A stretch of DNA of 64,000 nt, from positions 3,136,001 to 3,200,000 of the forward strand of contig CBDCXM010000009.1 of NCBI GenBank assembly GCA_965223855.1, given 5' to 3'. Below the pieces are notes generated by a model that worked only from the letters and a program-made list of their open reading frames with translations, was not told the DNA's origin and searched no databases. Source of the stretch: Candidatus Multivoradales bacterium (GTDB lineage: Bacteria; Acidobacteriota; Thermoanaerobaculia; Multivoradales; JAHEKO01). A program made the position numbers and the translations under genes. Numbering within the stretch: position 1 is the first letter of the stretch; every line of letters starts with the position of its first letter. Of the stretch, positions 29,204 to 39,557 are shown piece by piece.

Positions 29204-30142
29204 ATGTCCCCCTCGATCGACGGCCTCCACCACGTCACCGCCATCGCCTCCGACCCGCAGCGCAACCTCGACTTCTACGTCGGCATCCTCGGCCTGCGAC
29301 TCGTCAAGCGGACCGTCAACTTCGACGATCCGTCGACCTATCACTTCTACTACGGTGACTCCCTCGGCCGGCCGGGCACGATCCTCACCTTCTTCCCCTG
29401 GCCGCTGGCGCGCCGCGGCACCCACGGCTCCGGTCAGACTACCGCGACCGCTCTCGCCGTCCCGAACGGCTCTCTCACCACGTGGCACCGACACCTAGTC
29501 GACCACGGCGTCGAAGTAGGAGAGACCTCTCGAGAGAAGCTCGAAGCCGCCGAGGGTCGGCTCACCCTGCGCGACCCGGACGGCATGACGCTCGAACTGC
29601 ACGCCGTGGCCTCTCCCGCCGAATCGCAGGCGGCCGAGGGCGCTCCGGCGATCGTCGGCCTCCACGGCGCCACCGTCACCCTCCAGGAGAGCGCCGAAAC
29701 CGAGCGACTTCTCTCGGAGGTCTTCGGTTTCGAACGCCGGGAAGGGGCGGGTCTCGTCCGCTACCGGTCGAGGCCCGACGCCGGACTCGCTGCGACGCTC
29801 GAGCTCCGGACCACGCCGGACCTACCCCCCGGCCGCATCTCGGCCGGCAGCGTGCACCACATCGCCTGGCGTGTGCCCGATCGCGAGGCGCTCGACGCCT
29901 GGCGCAGGCGAGTCACCGAAGCCGGGCTGTTTGCGACCGAAGTTCTCGACCGCCGCTACTTCGAGTCGATCTATTTCAGGGAACCTGGCGGAGTGCTGTT
30001 CGAGCTCGCCACCGAGGGCCCGGGCTTCGATCGCGACGAGGCGCCGGCCGAGCTCGGCCGGGCGCTGCAACTGCCGCCGTGGCTCGAAGAGCGGCGATCG
30101 GAGATCGAGCGGCGCCTGCCGGAGATCCGACTACCAGGGTAG
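29204..30142 (+). CDS. Ring-cleaving dioxygenase (VOC/glyoxalase, MhqO-like)
   Basis: GLHHVTAI, VKRTVNFDDP, YHFYYGD, VHHIAW, YFESIYFREPGGVLFELAT. Confidence 0.92.
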   Translation: MSPSIDGLHHVTAIASDPQRNLDFYVGILGLRLVKRTVNFDDPSTYHFYYGDSLGRPGTILTFFPWPLARRGTHGSGQTTATALAVPNGSLTTWHRHLVDHGVEVGETSREKLEAAEGRLTLRDPDGMTLELHAVASPAESQAAEGAPAIVGLHGATVTLQESAETERLLSEVFGFERREGAGLVRYRSRPDAGLAATLELRTTPDLPPGRISAGSVHHIAWRVPDREALDAWRRRVTEAGLFATEVLDRRYFESIYFREPGGVLFELATEGPGFDRDEAPAELGRALQLPPWLEERRSEIERRLPEIRLPG

Positions 30143-30177
30143 CCGCCACCCTCGGTGACGCCGGAAAGGACGCCGAC

Positions 30178-30879
30178 TCAGGGAACCGTCGCCGACCACG
30201 CCGAGGAGTCTCCGCTCTCGAAGCCGTCGGCGAAGATCGTCGTCAGAGGACGGATCTGCACCGCGTTGAGAGCCGCTCCGAGACCGGCGTTCGCACCCGG
30301 GACGATTCCGGAGTGCAGGTTGAGGATGCCGTCCGCCTGCACGAGAGCAAGGTGGCGGGAGTACGTGACGAGCTCCTCGTGCATGCCGCCCCAGGGGCCG
30401 CCGACGATGTAATGCGGCAGCCCCGGTTCCTGATCGGCGACCGTGTAGCTGAAGACGGTCGGTTGGCTCGGCATCCAGCCGTAGATCAGGACCTCGTACG
30501 GCCCCGGCTCCAGGTTCTCGAAGAAGAGGCAGGTCTCGACGGCCGCCGAGAACGTGACCAGATAGTCGTCCAGCAGCAGCCCGTCCTCCCCGAGCGTGCC
30601 GGGATCATCCACCGTCCGGTTGTCGGTGCCGCCCAGTTGCCGCACGCTGACGTCGGTCACCACGCCGTCGACGTCGAGCAGGTCGGTCGTCGTCGAGCCG
30701 TGCGGTGCCAGCAGCCCGATCCACACTCCGGCCCGTCCCGCGGCGGCATAGTGGGCCGGAGGGACTTCGTCGGCAGGGCCGAAATCGATGTTGAACGCCT
30801 GCCCCTGAACGACCGCAGCCGTGAGCGCACCCAGAAACCCGATCGCCAGGGTCCGTCGACCTTTCCGTAGTTGGGACAT
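30178..30879 (-). CDS. Secreted protein with C-terminal IFADGFESGDSSAWS tag
   Basis: Signal-peptide-like N-terminus (cleavage near VQG/QA) and the terminal motif. Confidence 0.7.
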   Translation of the reverse strand: MSQLRKGRRTLAIGFLGALTAAVVQGQAFNIDFGPADEVPPAHYAAAGRAGVWIGLLAPHGSTTTDLLDVDGVVTDVSVRQLGGTDNRTVDDPGTLGEDGLLLDDYLVTFSAAVETCLFFENLEPGPYEVLIYGWMPSQPTVFSYTVADQEPGLPHYIVGGPWGGMHEELVTYSRHLALVQADGILNLHSGIVPGANAGLGAALNAVQIRPLTTIFADGFESGDSSAWSATVP

Positions 30880-30914
30880 CGAGTCCAATGATAGCCGCCG
30901 CGGACCGGCCGGCG

Positions 30915-32540
30915 TCAGGGTGCCCCGGACGCGCCGCTCTCGCCACCCGGATTCCCGACGAGCTGTCTCGTCAGCACCGCCGCCATCCGGTCGGCCATGA
31001 GGCGCTGGCCGAACGAGGTCAGGTGCACCTTGTCCCACCACAGCAGGCCGAGTTGCTGCCGCCCGGCGAGATAGGAGTGCATCGCCACGACCGGTACGTC
31101 GTAGGTCTCTGCGATCGCCCGCATCTCGCGATGGCGGGCTCCGAGTCCGCGGTCCGCCGCCATCGGTGAATTCGCTTCCTGCACCAGCACGACCCGGGCT
31201 CCGCGACCGAGACTGCGCGAAACCATGCGCTGCAACGGCTCATGGAAACTCGACTGCCGGTCGTTGCTCCCGAGGTTGATCACGATCATGTCGGGCCGGT
31301 AGGCGAAGAGGTGCTCTCCGAGAAGCGTCGCGACGTCCCACGCCTTGAACCCCGACACGCCGCCGTTCATGCATTCGACGTCGAGTCCGTGACGATCTCG
31401 TAAGAGGATCTCCGTCTGCCGCACCCAGGTGTCCCCCTCCGCGGCCGCTCCGGCTCCCCAGGTCTGCGAGCCGCCGACGAAGAGGACCTTCCACGGCCCC
31501 CCGTTACCACCCTCCTGCCTGAGAGGCCCCGTCGCGGCCACGTCCGAACCGCGCGGATCGACGCCGCCGGGAGGCGGGCCGTGGCGATCCAGCAGTTCTG
31601 CCAGAACCGCATCCTTCTCCCCCTTGCGGAAGTAGTCCTCCGCCTCGCGAAGGGCATCGTCGAGCCGCGGGTATCGGTACGCCCACCGATCGGCGAACGC
31701 GAAGGCGACGATCGAAACGAGCAGGAGCAGGAAGCTCCCGTAGATCGCCGCCAACCCTCGGCGCCGCGCCGAGGCTGGAGAGCCCAGCGCGAGCAGCAGG
31801 AGCGTCGGCAGAGCGACCCATGCGAGAAGCACTCCCGCGATTCGCTGCGTGCTCGAGGGCCCGTCGAACCCCTCGCGCCAGACCTCGCCGGCGTTGGCGA
31901 CTTCGACAGCTCTCACTCGCACCCTCCTGTGCCCTGAACGCAGCGCGACCGACACGCCTGCCGGGAGCGGTCCGCTTGCTTCGTAGGCCACGGCACCGTC
32001 GATTCGAAGCTCGTAGCCGGTCGCCGTTCTCAGGAGGTGCGCCACGTGACGGCCGGCTTCGAGCTGAGCCGCGGTTAGCGGTCGCGACGCGAGGAACTCG
32101 CCGTCACTCCCCACCTCCACTCGAGTCGACTCCCGTGCGGGCAGCGCGGAGAGCAGCCACCCGGTCGCGCTCGGAGCGTCGTCGGCATGAAGCCGCAGCA
32201 GCAGCCAGGATTGCGGGTCGAGGTCGAACTCCACACGCACCTCTTCGAGGTCGGCGAAGGTGCGGCGGGTCCGGACCTCGTTGAAGCCGTGCCATGCCGA
32301 AAGGTCGAGTTCGCCACCCGCGAGTGCCCGCCTCTCGGTGACGAACGCCCACGCTCCGATGACTCCGCGCTCGAGCTCCGTCTTGGTCGAGACCCACCGC
32401 TCACCGGCGAGGAGTGTGTTGCCGGCGCCCCTCCACGCTCTCGCGACCAGCCACGCGGCCGGCAGCTGGAGCGCCAGGCAGGCGGCCACGGTCCACGCCA
32501 GTCTCCGGCGCAGCTGCCGACCGTTGGAAGCCAAGCTCAT
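30915..32540 (-). CDS. Membrane-anchored SGNH/GDSL hydrolase
   Basis: Block I GGSQTWG, block II NGGVSG, block III GSND, block V DKVH; several transmembrane segments. Confidence 0.8.
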   Translation of the reverse strand: MSLASNGRQLRRRLAWTVAACLALQLPAAWLVARAWRGAGNTLLAGERWVSTKTELERGVIGAWAFVTERRALAGGELDLSAWHGFNEVRTRRTFADLEEVRVEFDLDPQSWLLLRLHADDAPSATGWLLSALPARESTRVEVGSDGEFLASRPLTAAQLEAGRHVAHLLRTATGYELRIDGAVAYEASGPLPAGVSVALRSGHRRVRVRAVEVANAGEVWREGFDGPSSTQRIAGVLLAWVALPTLLLLALGSPASARRRGLAAIYGSFLLLLVSIVAFAFADRWAYRYPRLDDALREAEDYFRKGEKDAVLAELLDRHGPPPGGVDPRGSDVAATGPLRQEGGNGGPWKVLFVGGSQTWGAGAAAEGDTWVRQTEILLRDRHGLDVECMNGGVSGFKAWDVATLLGEHLFAYRPDMIVINLGSNDRQSSFHEPLQRMVSRSLGRGARVVLVQEANSPMAADRGLGARHREMRAIAETYDVPVVAMHSYLAGRQQLGLLWWDKVHLTSFGQRLMADRMAAVLTRQLVGNPGGESGASGAP

Positions 32541-32645
32541 CGTTTCTTCGACCTTCCCGCCGTCCGGTCTTGAGGAATGGGAACCAGGATCGTACTACCC
32601 GCTTCACCGGCACCTTAGAATCGGCGGCCAACCCGGAGACCGCCG

Positions 32646-33968
32646 ATGCGATCGATGATTCAGAAGTTCCTCCGCCTCGAGGCCGCCAGCGGCCTCCTTC
32701 TCATGGCTGCGGCCCTCCTCGCCCTCCTGTGCGAGAACTCACCCGTGGCGTGGCTCTACGACCGCCTTCTCGACATGCCGATGGAAGTGCAGATCGGCGC
32801 CCTGGAGATCCGCAAGCCGCTCCTGCTGTGGATCAACGACGGGCTGATGGCGGTCTTCTTCCTGCTCGTCGGCCTCGAGATCAAGCGGGAGGTGCTCGAA
32901 GGCGAGCTCTCGACCCGGGCGCAGGCCACGCTGCCGATCCTCGCGGCGATCGGCGGCATGGTGGCGCCGGCCCTCGTCTTCGTCGCCATCAACCAGGGAA
33001 CGCCGGAGAACCTCCGCGGATGGGCGATCCCGGCGGCGACCGACATCGCTTTCGCACTCGGCATCCTCAAGCTGGTCGGCAACCGGGTCCCGTTGTCGGT
33101 GAAGGTCTTCCTCACCGCTCTGGCCATCATCGACGACCTCGGGGCGATCGTCATCATCGCGGCCTTCTACACCAGCAAGCTGTCCCTGCTGTCGCTCGGA
33201 GCCGCCGCGATCTTCGTCCTCGGCCTCATCGCGCTCAACCGGCGCGGGGTCACGTCGTACGCACCGTACGTCCTGCTCGGCATCGCGCTGTGGGTCTGCG
33301 TCCTCAAGTCAGGCGTCCACGCGACCCTTGCCGGGGTCGTCCTCGCCTTCGCGATACCGCTGCGCATCGAGGGCAGCGACGAGAGCCCGTTGAAACGGAT
33401 GGAGCATCAGCTCCACGGCTGGGTCGCCTTCCTCGTGATGCCGGTCTTCGCGTTCGCGAACGCCGGTGTCTCGCTCGCCGGCTTCTCGTTCCGCGACCTC
33501 CTCGAGCCCCTGCCGCTCGGAATCGCGGCGGGGCTCTTCGTCGGCAAGCAGGTCGGCGTCTTCCTGATGACCGCGCTGGGCGTCGCCACCGGCATCGCCC
33601 GGCGTCCTGCCGGCGCCTCGTGGCTCCAGCTCTACGGCGCTTCGCTTCTCGCCGGCGTCGGCTTCACCATGAGCCTCTTCATCGGCACCCTCGCTTTCGA
33701 AGGAGTCGACCAGGCCGCCGCGGTGCGCATCGGCGTGTTGAGCGGCTCGCTGGTCTGCGGGCTGCTCGGGTATGCCGTGATGAGGACGGCGCCCGCGGCG
33801 GAGGCACCCGGTTCCCCGAGACCGGATGAGGCACCACAGCCGGTCGAAACACTGCTGCTCTGGCGTACGCGTGCTCGGTCTCAGGCGGCAGCGACCGCCG
33901 CACGCGCCTCGTCGAACAGCTCCGCCTCCCCCGTGGGCTCGGGAGCGACCTCGAGCAGCCTCCGGTAG
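32646..33968 (+). CDS. nhaA: Na+/H+ antiporter NhaA
   Basis: WINDGLMAVFF, GWAIPAATDIAFALG, LAIIDDLGA, GFTMSLFI. The C-terminal extension overlaps the convergent gene. Confidence 0.95.
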   Translation: MRSMIQKFLRLEAASGLLLMAAALLALLCENSPVAWLYDRLLDMPMEVQIGALEIRKPLLLWINDGLMAVFFLLVGLEIKREVLEGELSTRAQATLPILAAIGGMVAPALVFVAINQGTPENLRGWAIPAATDIAFALGILKLVGNRVPLSVKVFLTALAIIDDLGAIVIIAAFYTSKLSLLSLGAAAIFVLGLIALNRRGVTSYAPYVLLGIALWVCVLKSGVHATLAGVVLAFAIPLRIEGSDESPLKRMEHQLHGWVAFLVMPVFAFANAGVSLAGFSFRDLLEPLPLGIAAGLFVGKQVGVFLMTALGVATGIARRPAGASWLQLYGASLLAGVGFTMSLFIGTLAFEGVDQAAAVRIGVLSGSLVCGLLGYAVMRTAPAAEAPGSPRPDEAPQPVETLLLWRTRARSQAAATAARASSNSSASPVGSGATSSSLR

Positions 33969-35572
33969 TAGCCGACGGCCGCCTCCCGGTCGCCGGCCCC
34001 CGCGGCGGCACGAGCCGCGCCCACGAGGCTGTTCAGCCGGTTCGGCGACCGCGCCAGTGCACCCTCGTACTCGGCGAGGGCCTCGGCGAACCGCTCCTCG
34101 GCCAGCAGCATGTCACCGTAGAGCTCGCGCGCCGGCAGCACCTCACCGGGGGTGACCGGGTTCTTCTCCGTCGAAGCTTCCATCCCGGCCGCCTCGGCCA
34201 TCCTCTCCAGTCCGCGCTCGGTGTCGCCCTGTTCGTAGGCGAGCCACGCCTCCACCCCGGCCTTCTGGATCGTCACCTGAATCCCCCAGTCGTAGGCGCC
34301 CGGCAGTGCGGCCGCTCCCTGCTCCAGCTCACCGAGAAGGGCGATCGCCTGTTCGGCTGCCTCCGAGCTGCCGGTACGCGCCGCTCCAAGACCGCGAGCG
34401 AAGACGGTGATCGCCTCGAGATGAGGGAACGAATCCCAGGCGAGATCCGCCGGCGACCGCTCCGGCAGGCCGGCAGCCGCTTCCCACCGCTGCCGCTCGA
34501 GCAGCAGCCGCACCGGAACCGCCGCAAACGCATACACCGTTCCGGCATGACTCTGGTACGGCGGCTCGAGCGACTCGACCTCAGAAAGAACGGTCCGCGC
34601 TGCCTCGTCGTCTCCGCGCTGGAGGTGGGCGTAGGCGAGGTAGTCGTAGGCGTGGAGGCGGTGCATCGAGATCGCGCCCGAGGGCAGCCTCTCGCGAGCG
34701 GCCTGCTCCGCCCTCCGATTGAAGTCGATCGACTCCGGCCACAGGCCGAGCCGAGTGAAGATGTGGCTCGTCATGTGAAGCGCGTGCGAGTTCTCGGGCG
34801 AAACCGCGCCGTAGCTGCGCGCCACCGGTAGCGCCTCCGTGGCCAGCGCCGGCAGGTCGTAGGCGTGGATCACGTAGTGGTGGGCGCCGGGATGGTTGGG
34901 AAGGTCGGCGAGCACCTGCTGTGCCAGCGCGCCGCCCCGACGCTGCTTCTCCAGGGTCGTGTCCGCCGGGTCGGCGGTCGCGATCGTCGCCAGGGCGTAA
35001 AAGAGGGCAGCCTCCGGGTCGGACGGGAACGCCTCGTGAGCCTCGCGCCACCCCTCCATGAAGGCGGCCAGCCGGTCTCCTTCCGCGACCCCCTCGCCTT
35101 CTCCATAGTAGGCGGCGAGGGCCTCGATATAGGCGTCGTCGGCGGCGCTGCGATGGGCCGCGCCACGGGCGCTCTCGAGATGATCGAGGCCGGCGGCCAG
35201 GCGCTCGGCGGGCACGACGTCCGGCCACAGTGGGTGGACATAGGTCATCGCCATGCCCCAGTAGGCGAGCGCGCACTCCGCGTCGGCGGCGGCCGCCGCC
35301 TCGAAGGAGGCGTGAGCTCCGGCGTAGGTCATGTTGTGGAGGAGCGCCATCCCTTCCCGCAACCGGTCCTGGGCCTCTGCTTCGCACTGGCTGTCGAGAG
35401 CCACCTCGCCCAGTGACTGTCCGTCGGCCGTCACCACCTGTGTCCCTGCTGCGTAGGTGGGAGTTGCGGCGGCGGACTCCTCGGCAGGAGCTTCCGGCTG
35501 GGCGCAGCCGATCACGGCGACGACCAGTAGCGTCGTCGCCAGGACGGAAAGAGACCGGGTTCCTCGACTCAT
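33881..35572 (-). CDS. TPR-like lipoprotein
   Basis: Lipobox VIGC, HPGAHHYVIHAYD, HALHMTSHIF and helical repeats. Confidence 0.8.
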   Translation of the reverse strand: MSRGTRSLSVLATTLLVVAVIGCAQPEAPAEESAAATPTYAAGTQVVTADGQSLGEVALDSQCEAEAQDRLREGMALLHNMTYAGAHASFEAAAAADAECALAYWGMAMTYVHPLWPDVVPAERLAAGLDHLESARGAAHRSAADDAYIEALAAYYGEGEGVAEGDRLAAFMEGWREAHEAFPSDPEAALFYALATIATADPADTTLEKQRRGGALAQQVLADLPNHPGAHHYVIHAYDLPALATEALPVARSYGAVSPENSHALHMTSHIFTRLGLWPESIDFNRRAEQAARERLPSGAISMHRLHAYDYLAYAHLQRGDDEAARTVLSEVESLEPPYQSHAGTVYAFAAVPVRLLLERQRWEAAAGLPERSPADLAWDSFPHLEAITVFARGLGAARTGSSEAAEQAIALLGELEQGAAALPGAYDWGIQVTIQKAGVEAWLAYEQGDTERGLERMAEAAGMEASTEKNPVTPGEVLPARELYGDMLLAEERFAEALAEYEGALARSPNRLNSLVGAARAAAGAGDREAAVGYYRRLLEVAPEPTGEAELFDEARAAVAAA

Positions 35573-35698
35573 GGCAACCTCCTCGAACTGTTGCTGGATC
35601 CTCGCAAGTCTAGCCGACCGGCTCCCGGCGGACCGCTTCTCGAGACCGAAGCGATCCACGAGGCTGACAACGGCTCGCCCGTCGCTGTAGCTTCGGGC

Positions 35699-36262
35699 AT
35701 GCCCGACCGAACCCGTCACTCCGCCTCCGACCGCCCCCTCCTCAGCGCAGTTCTCGCCGCCGCTCTCGCTCTTGCCGCCGGCGGATGCGAGGACGATTCG
35801 TCGCCGACCGACCCTCCACCGCCGGGTGGCGGCGGTGTGATGATTCGCGCCGCCTCGGGGAACTTCGTCCCCCTTGCGGGCACCTGGCAGTCGCGCTGCT
35901 TCACCGCGCCGGCGGGAAGCCCGATCGCTTCCCTGCGCGAGACGTTCGTGATCGACGACGACAGCATCGTCATCGAGCTCTCCGGCTTCCCCTCGTCCGG
36001 CTGCTCCGGACTCGAAGTCAGCCAGGAGTTCGTCGTCACGTACGTCCTCGGCGCGGAAACGACGGCGCGACTCGGAGGCGCCCAGGTGCCTGTGACTCGG
36101 ATCACCGGAACGGTCGAAGCCACCGGCGAGTCGTTCCTCCAGGTATTCCATGTCGACGACACTGCCGTCCACAGGCTCTTCCACGGCGACCTCGACGATC
36201 CCCCGGTCGATGCCGACGGCTACCCCACCGCCCTCTTCGAAGAGTCCCTCGAGCGGAGGTAA
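35699..36262 (+). CDS. Hypothetical lipoprotein
   Basis: Lipobox AGGC, Pro/Gly linker, LAGTWQSRC. Confidence 0.65.
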   Translation: MPDRTRHSASDRPLLSAVLAAALALAAGGCEDDSSPTDPPPPGGGGVMIRAASGNFVPLAGTWQSRCFTAPAGSPIASLRETFVIDDDSIVIELSGFPSSGCSGLEVSQEFVVTYVLGAETTARLGGAQVPVTRITGTVEATGESFLQVFHVDDTAVHRLFHGDLDDPPVDADGYPTALFEESLERR

Positions 36263-36280
36263 TCGCGAGGGGAGCGAGCC

Positions 36281-36922
36281 CTACGGCAAGGTCGTCGACC
36301 AGGCCGACGTGTCGCCGGACTCGAAGCCGTCGATGAAGATCTCGCCGCCGTCGAGCAGGACGTCGTCGATGAACATGTCGAGGTTGAACCAGTCGCGGAT
36401 CTCCGCCGCTCCGAAGGTGCCGTTGCAGACGACACCGCCGAAGAACCCGGCGCCGCTGCCGGCGAAGTCCTGCGAGCTGTAGAGCAGAGTCCCTCCGGGC
36501 TCGTCGTAGAGATCGATCGTCATCGCCCCCGGAAAGGCGATCCCGAGGAAGCGGCTCGGGATGCGGAAGGTGAGGTTGCAGCTCAAGTTGCAGTCGACGC
36601 CGAAGGTGTCCTCGAGAAAGATGCTCCCGTCCTCGAGAGTCACGTCGTCACCGTCCGGGAAGGTGACGTCCGGGTACTGAGTTCCGAGGGTCGTGCCGGG
36701 CGGCACCTCCTGAAACGTGATCGCTTCGATCAACCCGGCGTTCATCGCGAAGAGCACCGGATCGTCGTAATCGGTGCACTGGATCGGGCCGAAGGTTCGT
36801 GGCCCCAGGCCGCGGGGGACCGGTCCCGGCAGGTTGGTCGCGTCCTTCGCCGCGAGCTCGTTCGTGCCGGCGGCCGTGAGGGCGGCAACCGCCAGGAGGC
36901 AGCACCTGGTGAGAGGCTTCAT
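36281..36922 (-). CDS. Secreted protein with C-terminal IFIDGFESGDTSAWS tag
   Basis: Signal peptide MKPLTRCCLLAVAALTAA and the terminal motif. Confidence 0.7.
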   Translation of the reverse strand: MKPLTRCCLLAVAALTAAGTNELAAKDATNLPGPVPRGLGPRTFGPIQCTDYDDPVLFAMNAGLIEAITFQEVPPGTTLGTQYPDVTFPDGDDVTLEDGSIFLEDTFGVDCNLSCNLTFRIPSRFLGIAFPGAMTIDLYDEPGGTLLYSSQDFAGSGAGFFGGVVCNGTFGAAEIRDWFNLDMFIDDVLLDGGEIFIDGFESGDTSAWSTTLP

Positions 36923-37129
36923 CGTGGATCTCCCTTTCATCGCCTTTGCGGTTTGCGCTCGCGGCCCCACACGAGCGGCTGTGGCACCGCGCGCGCCCAC
37001 GATGAGCGCGGTGATCATAGAACGACGCCGCCGGCGGTGCGCGTGAAGTCCTAGGCAGCGCCGGTCGCCGTCGCGCCACCCCGTGTGGCGTCCGCGAGCG
37101 GCTCTACTGGTGGTCGGTTTCCGAGCCGG

Positions 37130-37609
37130 TCACTCGGCGTCGGCTTCCACCTGAATCGACCTCAGGTAGTAGGCGAGTTCCCGCACCTTGCGCTCGGCCC
37201 TCTCCTCGCCGGTCTCGTCGAGAGCGGCCTCGGCCGTCGAGACCGAGCTCTGGAAGACGTCCCCCCACACCGGCATCTCGCCCGAGCCGTGCCCCTTCAC
37301 CGGCTCTCGCCCGTCGATCACGGTTCGCACCCACTCCAGGGGAAACTCGCCGTCGCGACGCTCGGAGATCCGCGTCAGGTCCGCAGGCTTGACGGTCAGG
37401 TACTGAGCGATGTTGCCGGAGCCGTCGGCCTCTCTGCCGTGGCAGCTAGCGCAGTAGGTACGGAAGGTCACCCTGCCCTTGGAGGCCAGGAAGCCCGGGC
37501 TCTCTTCTTCGGATTCGGCGCTGCCGAGGGCCGCCATGCCACCCCACCCGAGGAGCGCCGTCAACGCCACCGCCGAATAGATTCCTCGAAACCCGGGACT
37601 CGTTCGCAT
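37130..37609 (-). CDS. Monoheme cytochrome c
   Basis: Signal peptide, CASCH, PADLT, HGSGEMPVWG. Confidence 0.9.
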   Translation of the reverse strand: MRTSPGFRGIYSAVALTALLGWGGMAALGSAESEEESPGFLASKGRVTFRTYCASCHGREADGSGNIAQYLTVKPADLTRISERRDGEFPLEWVRTVIDGREPVKGHGSGEMPVWGDVFQSSVSTAEAALDETGEERAERKVRELAYYLRSIQVEADAE

Positions 37610-37750
37610 CGCACAGACTCCTTCCTTGGTGCTTTGCTCGAACCGTAGCGTTCGAGGGCGCTGCGGCAACACACCTCCCGGGGTGGGGCGGCACCCCATC
37701 CCGAGGGGCGGGCGAGCGGCAGGTCGGGAGGAGGCGGCCCCTCGAAGAGC

Positions 37751-38371
37751 CTAGCCGCCGCCGGAGGGCGACGGCATCATCGCATCGATCACCCGACCCC
37801 GCACCGTGACCGACTGCCCCTTGCGCTCCCGGTCGAGCACGCTCTGCGATTCGAGCTCCGCCTCGAAGGTGAGTGCGATCACCCCGTCCAGTCGCTCGAG
37901 ATCCAGGTGACCCGATCGAACCTTCTTGTAGCCCTTGACCAACCCTCTACCGACACCGACCATGATCGTCGGCGTGTCGAGCTTGTCCGTCACCTCGATC
38001 CTGCCGGGAGAGGAGTCCTCCCGGATCAGGTCGATCCAGATGGTCAGGTCGTCCTTCTCGAGATCCTCCGGCAGCATGCGGACCTGGTAGCGGGTCACCC
38101 CGTCGCTGAACAGACCCTCACCCTTGCCCGGATCGAAGTGGACCGACACCCTCGGGTTGGAGCGCGCCTCCTCGAAACCCGAGATCTCGAAATGGCTGAG
38201 GCCCTCGTCGATACCCCCCGGGGCTCGCTTCAAGGTCGCCTTCGCGGCGCCCTCTCCGGCTCCCGCTTCCCCGCCGCCGCAGCCCGTGACCGGGCCGGCC
38301 AGCAACGCGACCGTCAGCAACGCCTTCGCTCGCTTCCACACCCGGGTTCCGCTATCGATTCCTGCTCGCAT
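37751..38371 (-). CDS. Hypothetical lipoprotein
   Basis: Lipobox VTGC; GGAGG ribosome-binding site. Confidence 0.6.
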   Translation of the reverse strand: MRAGIDSGTRVWKRAKALLTVALLAGPVTGCGGGEAGAGEGAAKATLKRAPGGIDEGLSHFEISGFEEARSNPRVSVHFDPGKGEGLFSDGVTRYQVRMLPEDLEKDDLTIWIDLIREDSSPGRIEVTDKLDTPTIMVGVGRGLVKGYKKVRSGHLDLERLDGVIALTFEAELESQSVLDRERKGQSVTVRGRVIDAMMPSPSGGG

Positions 38372-38605
38372 CGCTGCCTCCTCCACTCCTGTCGTGAGCC
38401 ACGTCACGCCGCTCGTCTGCTCGAGCGAGCGTCTACGGAGGATGACGACGGAATCGCCTCGAACCGGACACGCGACCGGACACTCACAGGGAGACGGGGC
38501 CTCCTGCGCACGCTACGGGTGAGCTCCCGCGCGGACTCCCTGTGTCCTCGAGCCCCGCTTCCCGACAGCGGCGACGCACCAACCTCCCCGGGGGGATCTG
38601 CGACG

Positions 38606-38998
38606 TCAGTAGGAGTCGCGGTCCAGCGACTCGCGCGCCGGACGGCTGTCGTAGTACGACTCGATCGCGACGATCCTGCCGCCGTCGCAGCGGATCCACT
38701 CGCAGGTCGGCATGTCGCCCTTCGGCGTGTGGTTGGTGAAGCGCACCACCACCACTCCCGGCCCCTCGAGCATCTCGTGAATCTCGAGATCGACCACGCT
38801 GTCCCGCGACATCGGCTCGACGACCTCGAGATAGTGCTCCCGCCCCTCCAGGGTGCCGAACGGGCTCGTGTGCACGAAGCCCTCCGCCAGGATCTCGCGC
38901 AACCGGTCCATGTCGCGATCGAGCCACGACTGGTACCAGGCGCTCGCGAGAGCCCGCGGCTCGTCCGGTCGCGCGACCTCGTCGTCGTGCCCGTTCAT
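38606..38998 (-). CDS. NTF2/SnoaL-like protein
   Basis: 130 aa; W..RDMDRL...LAEGF.HTSP...GGRIVAIESYYD pattern. Confidence 0.75.
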   Translation of the reverse strand: MNGHDDEVARPDEPRALASAWYQSWLDRDMDRLREILAEGFVHTSPFGTLEGREHYLEVVEPMSRDSVVDLEIHEMLEGPGVVVVRFTNHTPKGDMPTCEWIRCDGGRIVAIESYYDSRPARESLDRDSY

Positions 38999-39014
38999 GA
39001 GTCTTCCCGGGAAG

Positions 39015-39425
39015 TCACTCGACCTGCAGCTCGAAGGTGCCCGTCGAGCGGGTCCTGCCGCGGCTGCGGATCTCCGTGTGCTCGCCGACCATCACACCGT
39101 CCTCGATCGCCGCGCGCCAGGTCCAGTTTCGCGATCGCCAGGAAGCGGTGCCGGTGATCTCCACCCCCTCTTCGAGCCTCCCCTCGGCCGTCCCCCGCCA
39201 GGTGTTGTTGCGGTTGTCGAACCGGAAGCGGAAGGTCACCTTCCAGCTGTTCTCGCCGTCGGGGACGAACTCCGCCCGCAGAGTGTCGGTCCCCCCGGAG
39301 GACCAGTCGTAAGTGCCCTCGAAGCTTCTCCTCTCCTGGTCGGCGAACGCCGGGCCGATACCGGCTGAGAAGACGACGAGTGCGAGGGCGAAGCCGGCGA
39401 GACCGACGCAGGCATTCCGTGTCAT
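39015..39425 (-). CDS. Small secreted beta-rich hypothetical protein
   Basis: Signal peptide ending AFA; beta-strand-rich mature part. Confidence 0.6.
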   Translation of the reverse strand: MTRNACVGLAGFALALVVFSAGIGPAFADQERRSFEGTYDWSSGGTDTLRAEFVPDGENSWKVTFRFRFDNRNNTWRGTAEGRLEEGVEITGTASWRSRNWTWRAAIEDGVMVGEHTEIRSRGRTRSTGTFELQVE

Positions 39426-39557
39426 GCAGGAGGCTCCCTTCCGGATTGAGGACCGATGCCGGGTGTGTGCTGCCGGGATGGCGAACGCCTGGCGGCCGCC
39501 ACACTCTCTACCGACTCCTCGCAACGGGCGCCGGTTCCGGCGAATTCCGCGTTCGGG

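Noticed and set aside
33826-33968. Novel NhaA C-terminal domain
   Set aside because: The tail overlaps the convergent gene by 88 bp and looks like stop-codon loss or a sequence error.
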